A DNA stretch of 64,000 nt from Malacoraja senta (GCA_038087875.1 CM075987.1:28274001-28338000), one strand, 5' to 3'. Counted from the first letter of the stretch, positions 43,901 to 57,125 are shown. The notes: generated by a model from the sequence alone, not told the origin. Numbers and translations: made by a program.

Positions 43901-46900
43901 GCAGAGACCTGTTTGCGCTGAAACTTGTCCATGGCACTCTTCGCCCGTTCTTGGTAAGGATGTGCAAATTCGTTGGCAATACGTGGAATAAATCCAGTGT
44001 AACCTACAACAAGCAAAAAAAAGGAAAGGTTGTAACTGAACTATGTCATGAGCTGCCACTTATACTGTCCTCCTGTCCATTACAGAGGAGTTGATACTAC
44101 CAAGCACTCTGGCTGTTGTATTGTAGTTATGCACTCAGTTTGTTGGTACCTTGCTGGCCCTCCATATGGATAACATTCTGTACCCTCCTCAAATGTATTA
44201 GATATCTTGTCTGTTCCCTGTGGATTACCTTTCCTGCAAATTACCTTTCCTGGTTAATCTATGGACGATAGTCCACGGTCGCTCTCCAGTAGATGAGTCT
44301 CACTGATGATAACATTTTGCATTAAGACTATAATTTCTTTCTTGGGACATTGTAAAACAACCTAAGATTCATCTTAAATATGTAACTCAGCTATTGATGC
44401 TCAAAATAAGTAATTAACTTTTATTAGGCCTTCAAATTCAACAAAATCCCACTCTCCAAGCCACAGCCCTCCTATCTACGTCAGTCCAAAGCCCCTCATA
44501 CCCACTTCCCATCCACAGCCCTTTGTAACCTCCATCCATCCCACTGTCCCTTCTACCACCTTAACCATCCTACAATCCCTCCAATCTTCCCTCCTCCATC
44601 CAATAGCCCCTCACCATGTCCCTCAAACATACTTTATTTTGTAATACCCTCAACATCACGCAACAACTACATGCCAAAACTTCAAGGACTTCACCCATCT
44701 CTAACACTATCCTTTAAACCTGGTTATCACTGTTGAATTTCTTCTGTCATAAGAAACAGCTAATTACCCTATACTTTTTTCCTTTTCTCCATTCTGCTTT
44801 CCTTCCTAAGAAATAATTCTACTGGTCCACTTTGGGTGAAAATGTTCCTCAGACATCTTTCAACATCTGAATTAAATCACAATGTACTGGACTGAAATCA
44901 TGCAATGTGATTTGGTCATGTTTAATAGACAGATGATTGGACAAAAGGCAGAAATGAAAAAAAAAGTAAGTCAAAAGGTTTGAAGAGTTGCAAATTGTGA
45001 CGCGAGAGGAAGGAACGTAAGTGGGGTGTTTGTGTTTGGCCTCACTCTGGCAATGGAGGAGGCCCAAGACAGAAACGTCAGTATGGGAAGGGGAGTTAAA
45101 ATGTTTAGCCACCAGGAGATTCAGGAATATGTTTTGGTTAATTTGGACTTTGTCGCCTCTCTGTCTCACCGTTTTTTCAAGATTGCTTGTCACCTACCTG
45201 CGATACCTCTTCTCTGCAGTTCAGGAGGTTGGGTGGTAAAAAGGTGCTTGTCCTTATACAGATGAGTCCAGGTTATTGGATCCACATTTGCAGCTACAGG
45301 TTTCAGTGGCCTGTTCTCATTGACGGATACCAGCTAAAGATGGGCAAAAGTCACCATATGAGGCAGAGTTAATTTCACATTTATATTGCTGATGAGAGTA
45401 TCAGCACACTCTTCCTCTGTACACTGTAAATGGATCGATTGTAATTGTATTGTCGTTCTGCTGACTGGTTAGCACGCAACATAAGCTTTTCACTGTACCT
45501 CGATACACATGACAATAAACTAAACTAATTCCTGAGGTTGCCTGTAGATGGAATTGATCACTCCTTTTCTATGGCACCTCTCTCTGTTCTACTATCCAAT
45601 GTCAGCATTTCATGGCATCGGGTGTGAATGTTAACCATACAAAATTTTCAAGGGTTTATTGAGGTGGATATATGGAGGATATATATTTAAGAGGGAGTTA
45701 GATGTGGCCCTTGTGGCTAAAGGTATGGAGAGAAGGCAGGTACGGGATACTGAGTTGGATGATCATATCGAATGGCCTACTCCTGCACCTATTTTCTATG
45801 TCTATGTTTATATCTTCCCTGGCTCAGGAATTTAGAATTAGGGATCACAGTTTCAGAATAAGCAGTAGATCATTTAGGTTCTTACATGTTCCCTTGTATG
45901 GAATATTGCATAGCCAATGTTTTCATATCAGAATATTTATCCATTACTGTAATACATTATCCAATGAGCTTTAATGCTAATCTCTAATCTTGAATGCTAC
46001 TGCATGAATAGGACAGGTTTGGGTGGGACATGTTGGCAAGTGGGTCAAAGTGCGTGTTTACACACTCTTGACTATAATCTGGGTGAGACATTGGGGGAAT
46101 GCACCATCTTCTGATTTTAGCCACCCTGTGTCATCCTCAATTGTATCTAGGTTAGGTAAAGACTGCATAACTACAGCCTAAAGTTTAGTTACCCCAACAG
46201 TGGCCCATAGCCCCAATCTTTGAAGAGCTGCTTCTTTCTCCTTAGAGTTTGGCAATGAATCCTGCATTGTTGGCCCTGTCCAGCTACAAGTAAACTGGTT
46301 GCCTAAACTCACTTCATCTTTAACTCCTCCAGATAATAGGTATTGATCCCATTATTCACGGGTCTCTTCCTACATCCCCATAATATAAATATTTCCTCCA
46401 ATTTGGCCCATCAAGTCGACACCATTCAATCATGGCTGATCTATCTTTCCCTCTCAAACACCATTCTCCTGCTTTCTCCGTGTGTACGGACACACGTACG
46501 AAACACTAAACATACTAATCAAGAATCTCAGTCTCCGTGTTCAAAATATCCAATGACTTGGCCTCCACAGCCGCCTGTGGTAATGAATTCCACAGATTCA
46601 CCACCCTCTGACGAAAGAAATTCCTCCTCATCACATTTCTAAAGGTACTGTTTTATTCGGAGGCTATAGCCAGCCTCTGGTTCTAGACTCTCCCACTAGT
46701 GAAAAATTCCTCTCCACATCCATTCTATCCAGGCCTTTCACTATTTGGTAAGTAGCTTAAGTTGAATGTAAATTTTCTCCACAGTATATTGTAAAAGGTC
46801 AAGGACAAAGCATTTCTTTCCCAGTCATTTTTGTGGTGCTGCTGGCAAAGTGAGTTGAGGTTTAGTTTTGCAACTTCCCTCAACATCCCACAGTGATACC

Positions 46901-49900
46901 TTTCTTCTCCCATCCACATAGGTGATGAGCTCAGGCTCTTTCATTTTCTGTATGTATTCCATCTGGCGTCTTCGCAAGTCCAGACCTGACTCCAGGGCCT
47001 CCTTGTAGTAGCTCCCACCATATTTGAATAACTTTTGAGGGATGTAGCCTGTAAAAAGACATTGAGGGATGAGAAAACTGAGTGGTCATCTCTGCTCTAT
47101 CCTTTGCATGGGGTAGTCTTCCTTCAACTTAAGGAGAGTGAAGTACAAAGGGCTATAAATTATGTTACTGCTGTGTAAGGATCTGATTGGACCCTGTTCA
47201 AGACAGTTTTCAGTGTTGGGCACTTCCTCAGGAAGGCTTTAAAGGGTCACTGCATGAATCCACCAATATGTATCCCTTATGTATCTATGCACTGTAAATG
47301 GATCGATTGTAATCATGTATTATCTTTGTGCTGACTGGTTAGCACTCAAAAGCTTTTCACTGTACCTTGGTACACGTGACACTAAACTAAACATGCTACT
47401 GGTCAGGAAACAAGAGTGTTTAATTGTCATGCACCGGATATGAACTAGAACAATTACATTCTAATAGATAGATGGGGGAGTAGGTAGGTAGATATGCAAT
47501 GGGGTATTAATTATTCTAACTAAACTAGATATTCTTGAGCCATGATAGTTAAAAAAAAGCTATAGTCGTGCAAAGTCCGCAGTGGATCGGTGCTGAGGTA
47601 GAGTTGTGCTTAGGGTTGTACAGTGTGGTTCAAGAACCTGATGGTGGATGGAAAGAAGTTGTTCTTGACCTTAAAAGGTAATGGTTCTCAGACTTCTGTA
47701 CCTGTTTCCCAATGGTAGCAGTGAGATGATAGCATAGTGATGTGGTATGGGACTTTGATGGCATTAGCTGCCTTCACCTCCACCCTGTACACCACCTACA
47801 CCCTGGACACTTCTCCCTCAAGCTCTGCACACCTTCAATTCCATCCGTCTCCACTTTCACTTCCACCTTTATAAACCTTTCTCATCAGACTAGAAAGAAG
47901 ACTTTCAGAATGGCAGGCAGAGACTGCAAGGCTCAGTGCTGGGACTGCCGCTACTTACAATATACATTAATGATTTAGATGAAGGGATTAAGAGTAACAT
48001 TAGCAAATTTGCAGATGACACAAAGCTGGGTGGCAGTGTGAACTGTGAGGAGGATGCAGGGTGACGGACAGGTTGGGTGAGTGGGCAGATGCATGGCAGA
48101 TGCAATTTAATGTGGATAAATGTAAGGTTATCCACTTTGGTGGCAAGAACAGGAAGGCAGATTATTATCTGAATGGTGTCATGTTAGGAAAAGGGGAAGT
48201 ACAACGTGATCTGGGTGTCCTTGTGCATCAGTCACTGAAAGTAAGCATGCAGGTACAGCAGGCAGTGAAGAAAGCTAATGGCATGTTGGCCTTCATAACA
48301 AGGAGTTGAGTATAGGAGCAAAGACGTCCTTCTACAGTTGTATAGGGCCCTAGTGAGACCACGCCTGAAGTATTGTGTGCAGTTTTAGTCTCCAAATTTG
48401 AGGAAGGTCATTCTTGCTATTGAGGGAGTGCAGCGTAGGTTCACAAGGTTAATTCCCAGGATAGCGGGACAGTCATATGTTGAAAGAATGGAGCGACTGG
48501 GCTTGTATACACTGGAATTTAGAAGGATGAGGGGATCTTATTGAAACATAAGATTATTGAGGGATTGGAAATGCTGGAGGCAGAAAAAATGTTCCCGATG
48601 TTGGGGGAGTCCAGAACCAGGGACCACAGTTTAAGAATAAGGGGTAGGCCATTTAGGATGGAGATGAGAAAAAATGTTTTCACCCAGAGAGTTGTGAATC
48701 TGCCGAATTCTCCGCCTCAGAAGGCAGTGGAGGCCAATTTTCTGGATACTTTCAAGAGAGAGTTAGATAGAGCTCTTAAAGATAGCGGAGTCAAGGGACA
48801 AGGTGAGAAGGCAGGAATGGAGTACTGATTGTGGATGATCAGCCATGATCACGGTGAAAGTAGCGGTGCTGCCTCGAAGGGCCGAATGGCCTACTCTTGC
48901 GTCTATTGTCTATCCCGTTTCTCGATCAAGGGAAAGGCCATTTGTCGTCCCAATCTCCTGCTGCACTTGTATGCTGGGTCTCAATGACTTGTGTACAAGA
49001 ACCCCTAATTTCCCTTGAACACCTTCAGGATGAATGGAGGTGAATGTGAGCAATGTACATGTCAACAGGTTGATGAGTTGAGTGTATACAGGGCAATGTT
49101 TACTGAGTGAATCTGTACAAGATGTCCATGTACAAGGTGAGCATGTACAAAGTGACGAGGTGTATATGTGCAGCATATGCATATACAGGTGAGTGCAGAT
49201 ACAGGTATGTCCACACAGGGTGAGTGTACGGTAAGTTATTGTAAGTAATTATGTAAAGTGTTACTGGATGAATATGTGCAAGACAAATGCGTAAAGTGCA
49301 AGTCTGTCACAACTAGAGGATAGTTAAGGGAATGTGTACGGGGCTGAGTATGTCCAGGACAAGTGTGCACAGTGTTAATGTGTAAAAGGTGACTGAGTAC
49401 GAGTGGATGTAAGAGTACAATGTTTGTGTGTACAGGTGAGTGTAAAGAGTAAGCATATAGAAGGTGACTGTTCAGAGTGAGTGGAGATGAGTTTACACAG
49501 GCTGCCTATGTACAAAGTAATATGTACGTGGTGAATGTATGGGCAATGACCATAGAGTTGTACAGCACAGAAACTGCCTCTTCGGCCCATTACATTCACG
49601 CTGACTTCTTTACTCACTAATCTAATCCCATATTCCAAACAGTGATTGTATCTGATCCTGCTACCTCCTTTGGCAATGATGTGTACAGGGCAAGTGTGTG
49701 CGGTGGTGGTTGGGGGGGGGGGGGGGGGGTAGTAATACAGAAATACTTATGGCTTTAGAGCCAGGATGGATCGCGTTTCAGCTTGTTGAACTATCGGCCC
49801 TATCCATTACTCTGCCTGCCGCACCAGGCTTGATATTTTTGCTCCAGTCTATCAAGCATGTTTTTTTTTGTTGTATAGTTTGCCACCTATTATGTAACTG

Positions 49901-52900
49901 CTTGCATTTAGGGAAGGAGGGCATGGGGGCAATTGTTTATCTTTGCTTAACAGAGAAGAGGCGATGGGGCTATTGATGAAGAAAGCATGTGGAACATTGT
50001 AAGCATTGCCCCTCTGTCCTGTCAATTCTGCTTACCAGTATAACCAGGAACAAGTTTCTGTGGGTGGATCTGGTCAGACACATCAGGCATACAGTATTCC
50101 TCATCTTCTGGAAAACACTGTTCTGGAGGTTGTGTCGTTGGCCACAGGATCGATTGGCCGGCTCTTGACTTTTTGGGATCCTTCAGGATATCATGAGTAG
50201 TCCTTCCATAGGTCTTGCCAAACCGGAATGGGAATGTCTGGGAGTATCCTCCATATCTGCATGGGGGCAAAAGTAAATGTAATTTCACAAGCAGCTTACG
50301 GACAGTAACGCTGAACTACAGAATTAAATGGCAAATAAACAGGCGATTCGGCCCACCGTGTTCATGCCGACCATCTATTCTAATTCCATTTACCAGCACC
50401 TGGTCTGTGGCCTTCTGTGCCGTGACAATTCAAGTGCTGGTCAGGATACTCGGAATGTTGTTGGGGTACCAGCCAATCAGGCATGAAAAACTTCCAATCT
50501 CTAAACCACCTACCCCTTACCCTGAAGCTATGCCTTCATATTTCAGATACTTCTGCTTTGGGGAAATGTTTGCCATTAGCGATCAATCTTATCTTCATGA
50601 TTTTGTATACTTTAATCAAGTCCCCCACGCAGCCTCCTGCACTTGAACAAAAACAAACCCAGCGCATTCAATCTCCCCCAATCACCCAAAGCAACTAATT
50701 CCAACGTAGGTTAGGCTGCACTTGCAGTATTGTAGTTGGGCTGCACTTGCAGTATTGTGTGCGGTCCTGATCACCACATTACAGGAAAAATGTGATTAAG
50801 CTAGAGATGGTGCAATAAAGATTCACAGGGATGTTGTCTGGATTGGAGGCTTGAGTATAAGAAGAGGTTAAAATAGCTGGGTCTGTTTTCCCTGGAGCAA
50901 AGAGCCTGAGTGGCAATGTGATAGAAGTATACACAATTATGACAGGCATAGATAGGATGGATTATCAGTCTAAAAAGGACATAAATGCTGGAGTAACTCA
51001 ACAGTTCAGGAAGCATCTCTGGATGGCAGACTGCGTGTAATGTGGGGTTATCCACATTGGTAGGAAGAAGAAGGAATAGTGAGAGGTTGCAAGATGCTGT
51101 TGTACAGAGGGAGTGGTGGGTGTTTTTATTGTGAAATGATGTGTGACTACTGAAGGCTCTAATGGCCTGGAAAAGGTTTTCTTCAAGGTCATGGTGATAT
51201 TTTCCAGCATCATTCACATTTCAGAAAAAGATACTGGAGTAATTCAGCAGGTCAGGCAGCATCTCTCGACAACATGGATAGGTGACGTTTTGTGTTGTGA
51301 CCCTTCTTAGTTGAGAGAGGAAGCTGGGAGAGGGGAGGCATAGGACAAAGTCTAGCGAGTGATGGGTGGATACAGGTGAGGGATGTTTTTGATAGACATG
51401 GTTGAACAAAGGCCAAAAATGACAAAAGGTTGAGATAAGGACAAAATTGGATTTCTCGGCAACTATCTCTGTTGGATAAAGTGAATAGTGCACATGGGCA
51501 GTGATAGCTACATACAGGGTTAAATGTAACCCTGTTCAGTCTAGCCTCGTACAGCTACTGCTGAGCCTGACAGCTGTAGTTTGTATCAAGGCCGGTTTTG
51601 TGCAACCCAGGGCTAAAATATGTTAATCTCACCATTAACAAAATTGGTGTCATAAACACCAGCACCATCACAATGACCCTGAGCCCCTTCACTTTCCTCT
51701 CAAAAAGTTAAGTTTATCTTCCTCAAAGATCTGGATATCAATCTCGTCCCCTGCAACAATGCCAAATGCTGTGATCCCTCCTCAGCATTGGTGTTCACAC
51801 CACCCTGCCTGGTTTCCTTCCACTCCAGGGCAGCTGGATGGACCATACAGGCACCATTCATAGCAGTCGGAGCCCAAGAGGCTCACCCCAAAGTATCACC
51901 CAAGCGCCCGTGCTCCCATCCCCTTTAATTCATCACTGGAACATCAGTGGAGGTGGCACACTGTTCCACATCACACAGCTCCCAGCTATCTCCAACTTGC
52001 CTGCCACACACAGGCCGGTAAATCTACTCATGCAATGTTACACACTCTATCAGGTCAGTAATTATACTGATCAGTGCACATAAATACGAACAGAACTCAC
52101 TCAATGATACACACACACTCGGTAAATGCACAGTATGCATAATAGTTATATATATTCAATAACACAAACTATTTAAAACCTGTACATGTTGAGAAGAATG
52201 GGCAATTTCTGGTCCTAATGCTTCCTGAATGAGATGGAAGGAAGCGAGCAATCTGCCACAAAGTCTCGGCACTGAGGTGTTGGTAACTTGAAATGCAGAG
52301 AGGAACATTCCAGCAATTTCTCACGGAATCAGAATGGAAGAAAAATGGACAGCCATCCAGAGAAAACATTGGGAGTGAGGATGGGTGACCATAATCTGAA
52401 CCAAAGGTGTGTGTGTGTTGAGGAGGAGGCAAAGAAAGCAAGGGAATTGAGCTCAACACCTAAACCCTGACAAAGGCATGGTGTGAGCAAGTGAAAAGAC
52501 AGGGTGAGGGGTGAAGATAGGACTGAGGTGGGGAGGAAGGAGCCCATGAAGAGATACAAACTGTGGTGTCAGGTGAGGGAGTTATGCCAGTTGGGTGGGT
52601 GCAGAATAGAACACGGGCTGCAGACTGCAGGCGGGATGTAACAGGAGGCTGCCTGAGGATATCAATCATCGTCTGCAGGAGGCAACCGGAGGGTGCCCCA
52701 GCAGTAAAATGACCCAAAACAGGAGCAGAGACAGGCAATGTTACTAAGCTGGTGAGTTTGAGTTTTATTTATTGTCACGCGTACCGAGGCACAGTGAAAA
52801 GCTTTTGTTGCATGCTAAGCAGTCAGCGGAAAGACGATACATAATTACAATCGAGCCATTCACAGTGTACAGATACATGATAACATGAATAACATTTAGT

Positions 52901-53664
52901 GCAAGGTAAAGTCAGATCAAAGATTGATGGTTTCCAATGAGATAGATAGTAGCTCAGGACTGCTCTCTGGTTGTGGTAACTTGGTTCAGTTGCCTGATAA
53001 CAGTTGGGAAAAAATTGTCCCTGAATCTGGAGGTATGCATTTTCACACTTCTATACTTTTTGCCCGATAGGAGAGGGGGGAAGAGGGAGTTGCCAGGGTG
53101 TGACTCATCCTTGATTATGCTGCTGGCCTTGCCGAGGCAGCGTGAGGTATAAATTGAATCAATGGAAGGGAGGTTGGATTGTGTGATGATCTGGCTGCAT
53201 CCATAATTCTCTGCAATTTCTTGCAGTCTTGGATGGAGCTGGTCCCAAACCATGCTATGATGCATCCTGATAAAAATTATTTGTATGGCGCATCTAGAAA
53301 TTGGTGAGTTGTTGGGGACATGCTGAACTTCATAAACTTTCCTAAGAGGGGGTGAATGGGGCAGCGATGGGCAATGTTATTGAGCTGGTGAGGGGGTGAA
53401 TAGGCAAGACCTCAAAGAATGTTTGCTGCTCATCCTCAACAACTACTGAATGCAATGATGGCAAAACACGGTAGTTGTTGGAATCTTGGATGCCCAGCAG
53501 CTCCGGAAGCTTTGCTGGGCTGACTCAGTGTAAAGGAGTAATGAACGCTATAGTCCATTGTTTTATTCAACAAAGAAATGCTTCTATTCATAACCTGAGA
53601 GAGCTACTTACCCAGGTATATGATGTGGTTCTGGAGTGAAAAGATGGTGTTTCTTTGCAGCCAT
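40926..53664 (-). CDS. CIMIP2A: Ciliary microtubule inner protein 2A (FAM166A), complete 7 exons: 53664-53612, 50256-50036, 47048-46900, 45333-45198, 44003-43909, 42701-42593, 40999-40926; 278 aa
   Basis: Spliced product [38 protein letters not shown]...[16 protein letters not shown].../...[15 protein letters not shown]...[14 protein letters not shown]...[26 protein letters not shown]...CL*. All introns GT-AG, phases consistent, total 837 nt. LFTPEPHxxPGY start and GYxGxxP repeats are FAM166 hallmarks. Confidence 0.9.
45020..45112 (-). mobile_element. Penelope-like GIY-YIG C-terminal fragment
   Basis: [25 protein letters not shown]. Confidence 0.6.
47905..48912 (+). mobile_element. CR1 LINE, 5'-truncated, decayed
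   Basis: [30 protein letters not shown] motifs and CR1 3' UTR. Confidence 0.92.
52762..53340 (-). mobile_element. Rex1/Babar or L2-type LINE 3' fragment
   Basis: Minus strand [27 protein letters not shown]...RFRDNFFP. Confidence 0.75.
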
Positions 53665-53854
53665 GCTCCTAATCCAGGTATGTTATTAACTCTTGACATT
53701 TAGGAGACTTGGGGCACAACCCCTTTCCTACTGTCAATGTCAAGTAGTTACTAAGCAACCAGCTGACAGTGCCCATGACAACAGCATTGGCAGCACCGCC
53801 AGTGAGCAGGTCCTCAACTTGCTGCTTGCCATCGAAGAACATTGGGCAGGAAAA
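53665..53854. promoter_or_regulatory. Putative bidirectional promoter with RFX X-box motifs
   Basis: GTTACTAAGCAAC (53747-53759) and GTGCCCATGACAAC (53769-53782) lie between the CIMIP2A ATG (53664, -) and the ORF ATG (53855, +). Confidence 0.65.
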
Positions 53855-55048
53855 ATGATGGGCTCTTCGATCCCCTTCCGCTCCCACTGGCCAAAGATAG
53901 GTGTGGACAGCCATGGGCGATTCCTCAAACCAACAGCGGTAAACATCGGCCTGTGTGATGGCACGCGATGCCACAGGGGTCCCTGCAGCAAAAAAACTCG
54001 CACCCATCCAACCCACCGCCGCTTCATGAAGGAGAAGTACATCCCGCACGGCAGCCAGGCTTTCCTAACCCTTCTCGCTCACTACGAGGCACGGGCGATG
54101 GCACAAGCTGGCTTGGAATGCGTGGGAACGCACATCCCAACCCCAGAGGAGCAGCGCGCTCTGAAGGAAGTCCTCCAGGAAATCGAACAGGGGCCGTCAA
54201 CAGCAGCTGACCAGGCCCAGGCCGGCCAGAGTGGTCAGGAGGAGACTCGGCAGGACAGCCAAGGAACAGCCATTGCCCAGGCCCCTGTAGAGCAGCAGAT
54301 AGCACCCACCCAGGCCCCAGACTACTGCATGACACGCGATCTAAGGCATTGCATGCGAGCAACCACAGCAGGGGTGGGCTCATCAGTTTGCCCCGACACT
54401 ACCAGGTCTCCAATACCAGGGTTTCAGCCGCAGTGTCCATGTGAGATGATCACTTTGACCTATTGCCCTTGTAAGCTCATGCAGGAAGGTGAAATGGCTG
54501 GAGCTCCACAACAGATGCCACAAGATCAGCAGGAAACAGAGCCCACAGAACTAGCAGAGCAAACTTCCGCAGAACCAACAGAGGACACCAATACCGGCCC
54601 CACGCAACCAGCAGAGCCAGAAGATACAGCTCCCACAGAAGCAGCAGAAGAGGGGGAGGGTGTGGCTTCCCCTGAGCCAGCAGAAGCTGCTGATGTGGTC
54701 ACTCCTGAACCAACTGAGGAGGCAGATATGGTTTCCCCAACCACAGCAGAAGAGGCTGATGAAGCCCCTGCACCAGCAGAAGAGGCTGATGAGGCCCTTG
54801 CAGATGTGGTCTCCCCTGAATCAGCAGAAGAGGCAGATGTGATCTCCCCTGAACCAGCAGAAGAGACAGATGTGATCTCCCCTGAACCAGCAGAAGAGGC
54901 AGATGTGATCTCCCCTGAACCAGCAGAAGAGGAAGATGTGTCCACTGAACCAGCAGAGGAGACAGATATGTCCCCTGAACCAACGGAGGATGATACAGCT
55001 CTCGCAGAGACGATGGAAACACCTATCAACGAACAAGCAGAGAAGTGA
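53855..55048 (+). CDS. Uncharacterised protein, ~397 aa from the first in-frame ATG; Cys-rich segments and acidic EPAEEADVISP repeats
   Basis: Frame open from 53693 to 55048; no recognisable TE motif; about 260 non-repetitive codons; repeat length variants keep the frame. Confidence 0.6.
   Translation: MMGSSIPFRSHWPKIGVDSHGRFLKPTAVNIGLCDGTRCHRGPCSKKTRTHPTHRRFMKEKYIPHGSQAFLTLLAHYEARAMAQAGLECVGTHIPTPEEQRALKEVLQEIEQGPSTAADQAQAGQSGQEETRQDSQGTAIAQAPVEQQIAPTQAPDYCMTRDLRHCMRATTAGVGSSVCPDTTRSPIPGFQPQCPCEMITLTYCPCKLMQEGEMAGAPQQMPQDQQETEPTELAEQTSAEPTEDTNTGPTQPAEPEDTAPTEAAEEGEGVASPEPAEAADVVTPEPTEEADMVSPTTAEEADEAPAPAEEADEALADVVSPESAEEADVISPEPAEETDVISPEPAEEADVISPEPAEEEDVSTEPAEETDMSPEPTEDDTALAETMETPINEQAEK
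54640..54995 (+). repeat. Coding tandem repeat, ~33-bp unit
   Basis: GAACCAGCAGAAGAGGCAGATGTGATCTCCCCT, about 10 degenerate copies. Confidence 0.9.
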
Positions 55049-55569
55049 ACTGTGATCACCAGGTAAACATTGACACCTTGGCAGAAAAATTACTCCTTTA
55101 AAAAGAAGTGCAAGTCTTAGAAGTTATTGTCTATGTTTCAATAATTGTGATATTGAGTGCATAGAATCTGAAATTTGCATAGAATTACTGCATAGAATCT
55201 GAATTGTGTAGCCTCTGACCTGATGCACAATGATCCTCCATCCCTTCTGGCTGAAGTTCACCGGTGGTATAACACATCTCCCAGGCATTGCACTTCCACA
55301 ACTATCTAATATTAGGGCACGCAATCAGTAGAAGGGGCTCTTGGTCAGTCCCTCTGCCTCAGTGCCAGGTTTCACACGATTCTGGTAATGAGTAGCTGTA
55401 CTGTGTGCACAGTGAGGGTCGGGCATGGTTCCCAACCACTTGGCCCAGTTAGACCACTGAGGGCCATCTCACACCATGGTGGTGGATGTTTTATGACATC
55501 ACATGGAAGCAAGTAAAGTGAATGTGATGTATCAAAGAGGACATCACGTCGGCTCAAAGAGTGAAATGT

Positions 55570-55845
55570 AGAAACAAGGACCTGCAGATGCTGGTTTACA
55601 AACAAAGACACAAAGTTCTGGAGTAACTCATCAGGTCAGGCAGTATTTCTGGAAAACATGTATAGGTGACGATTTGGGTCGGGTCTCTGCTTCAGACTGA
55701 AGAAGAGTCTCAACCTGAAACTTCACCTATCCATATTCTCTCGGGATGCTGGCTGACCTGTTGAGTTACTCCAGCACTTTGTGAAATGTTGCCTATCCAT
55801 GTTCTCCAGAGATGCTGGCTGACCTGCTGTGTTACTCCAGCACTG
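55570..55845. repeat. Penelope-associated palindromic repeat with a duplicated right arm
   Basis: CTGGAGTAACTCA..AGGTCAG...CTTCAGA/CTGAAGAAG...CTGACCTGTTGAGTTACTCCAGCAC; right arm repeated at 55795-55843. Confidence 0.6.
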
Positions 55846-56847
55846 GGTGTTGTCTAGCTCAAGCGGCAGAGTGTACCAGGCGGCCCCTGGATCGGCTGGG
55901 CTCCCAGAGCCAGTGTGCGCTCAAAGTTGCCCCTTGCCCATGTTTGGCTGCAGGAGGCCAGGGTGTGGGTGCCCTCTCTGCTATACTGGGGCCCTGTCTG
56001 CTGCACTGGGGCCATATCCTTGTTGCACGGGTGGGGTCGCCACGATGCTGTCATCCTGGAATGGGCTACAATGCAAACTGCCTGTGAGCATTGCTTAGCC
56101 CAGCAGTGCAGCTTGCAGTTTTTGACTCCTCTTGAGGCCAATAATACAAAAATAAAAACCCAAGAGAGCAGGAGTGGGCCATTTGGTCCCTTAAGGCTAC
56201 CCCATCATTTAACATATCACCACTGTTCTCCCCAGGCCCCTGTCAATCTTCCACTTCACTAATTGATCCAGGCTGCAGGCTCTGCATCCTGCCCGAATCA
56301 GTAGAGAGGGCAGCTTCTTGCTGATTGTATCTGGATTGATGGTGTACAGGAACGTGAGGGCTGTGGGGAGTGGGAGGAAGATGCAGCTGAGGCCAAATCA
56401 GCTGAGTCATGTCCTTGCTGAATGGTGCAGAAGCTGATCGGGCGGAATGGCCCTTGAGCCAGTGCTGCTTCTTGTGGATTACGTTCCATTGGCAGCCCAG
56501 TGACCAGCCCCGTAGAGCTGCAGATCTCTCAACCTCAGGGCCTGACTGAATTATTGACCCACCCATCCTCCACATACTTTTCTCTAAAGAACCACTGATG
56601 GGCCCTTTAGCTGAGTCCAAACCCCTGACACAACAAGATATGACCTTCTCCACACCCCACAGAAGGGACTGTGCCTGAACTCTGACCCACCTGAGACCAT
56701 AGACGGCTCACCCCTGACCAGTGCTCCTGCTCTGGAGGCAAGGTTTGGTCCGCTAACTCACACATGCCGGCCAGGACAGTATCTGTCCGACTGAAGCACT
56801 TGATAGCACCCCATCTCCCACTGTGACCCACTGCTCCACAGACCTGG

Positions 56848-57125
56848 TGTTTAGTTTGGAGATACAGCGTGGAAACTAATCCTTCGGCCCACCAAGTCCA
56901 CACCAACCAGCAATCCCTGCACATTAACACTATCCTACTCTAGGGACAATTTTTTACATTTACAATGCTAATTAACCTGGAGTGTGGGAGGAAACCGAAG
57001 TTCTCGGAGAAAACCCACGCAGGTCACGGGGAGAACGTACAAACTCCGTACAGAAAAGCATCCGTAGACAGGATCGAACTGTAAGCGCTGTAAAGCAGCA
57101 ACTGTACCGCTGCGCCACCGTGCCG
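56848..57125 (-). mobile_element. tRNA-derived HE1-type SINE
   Basis: Same family as 26278-26559; B-box-like GTTCGATCC on the minus strand near 57071-57079. Confidence 0.78.

Noticed and set aside
53693..53854. N-terminal 54 codons of the 451-aa ORF in the track
   Set aside because: Starts at TTG and overlaps the X-box spacer just upstream of the CIMIP2A ATG; the first ATG is at 53855
54526..55059. Ser/Ala/Gly-rich 177-aa minus-strand ORF
   Set aside because: Antisense shadow of the acidic repeat; the + frame is far longer and extends through non-repetitive sequence
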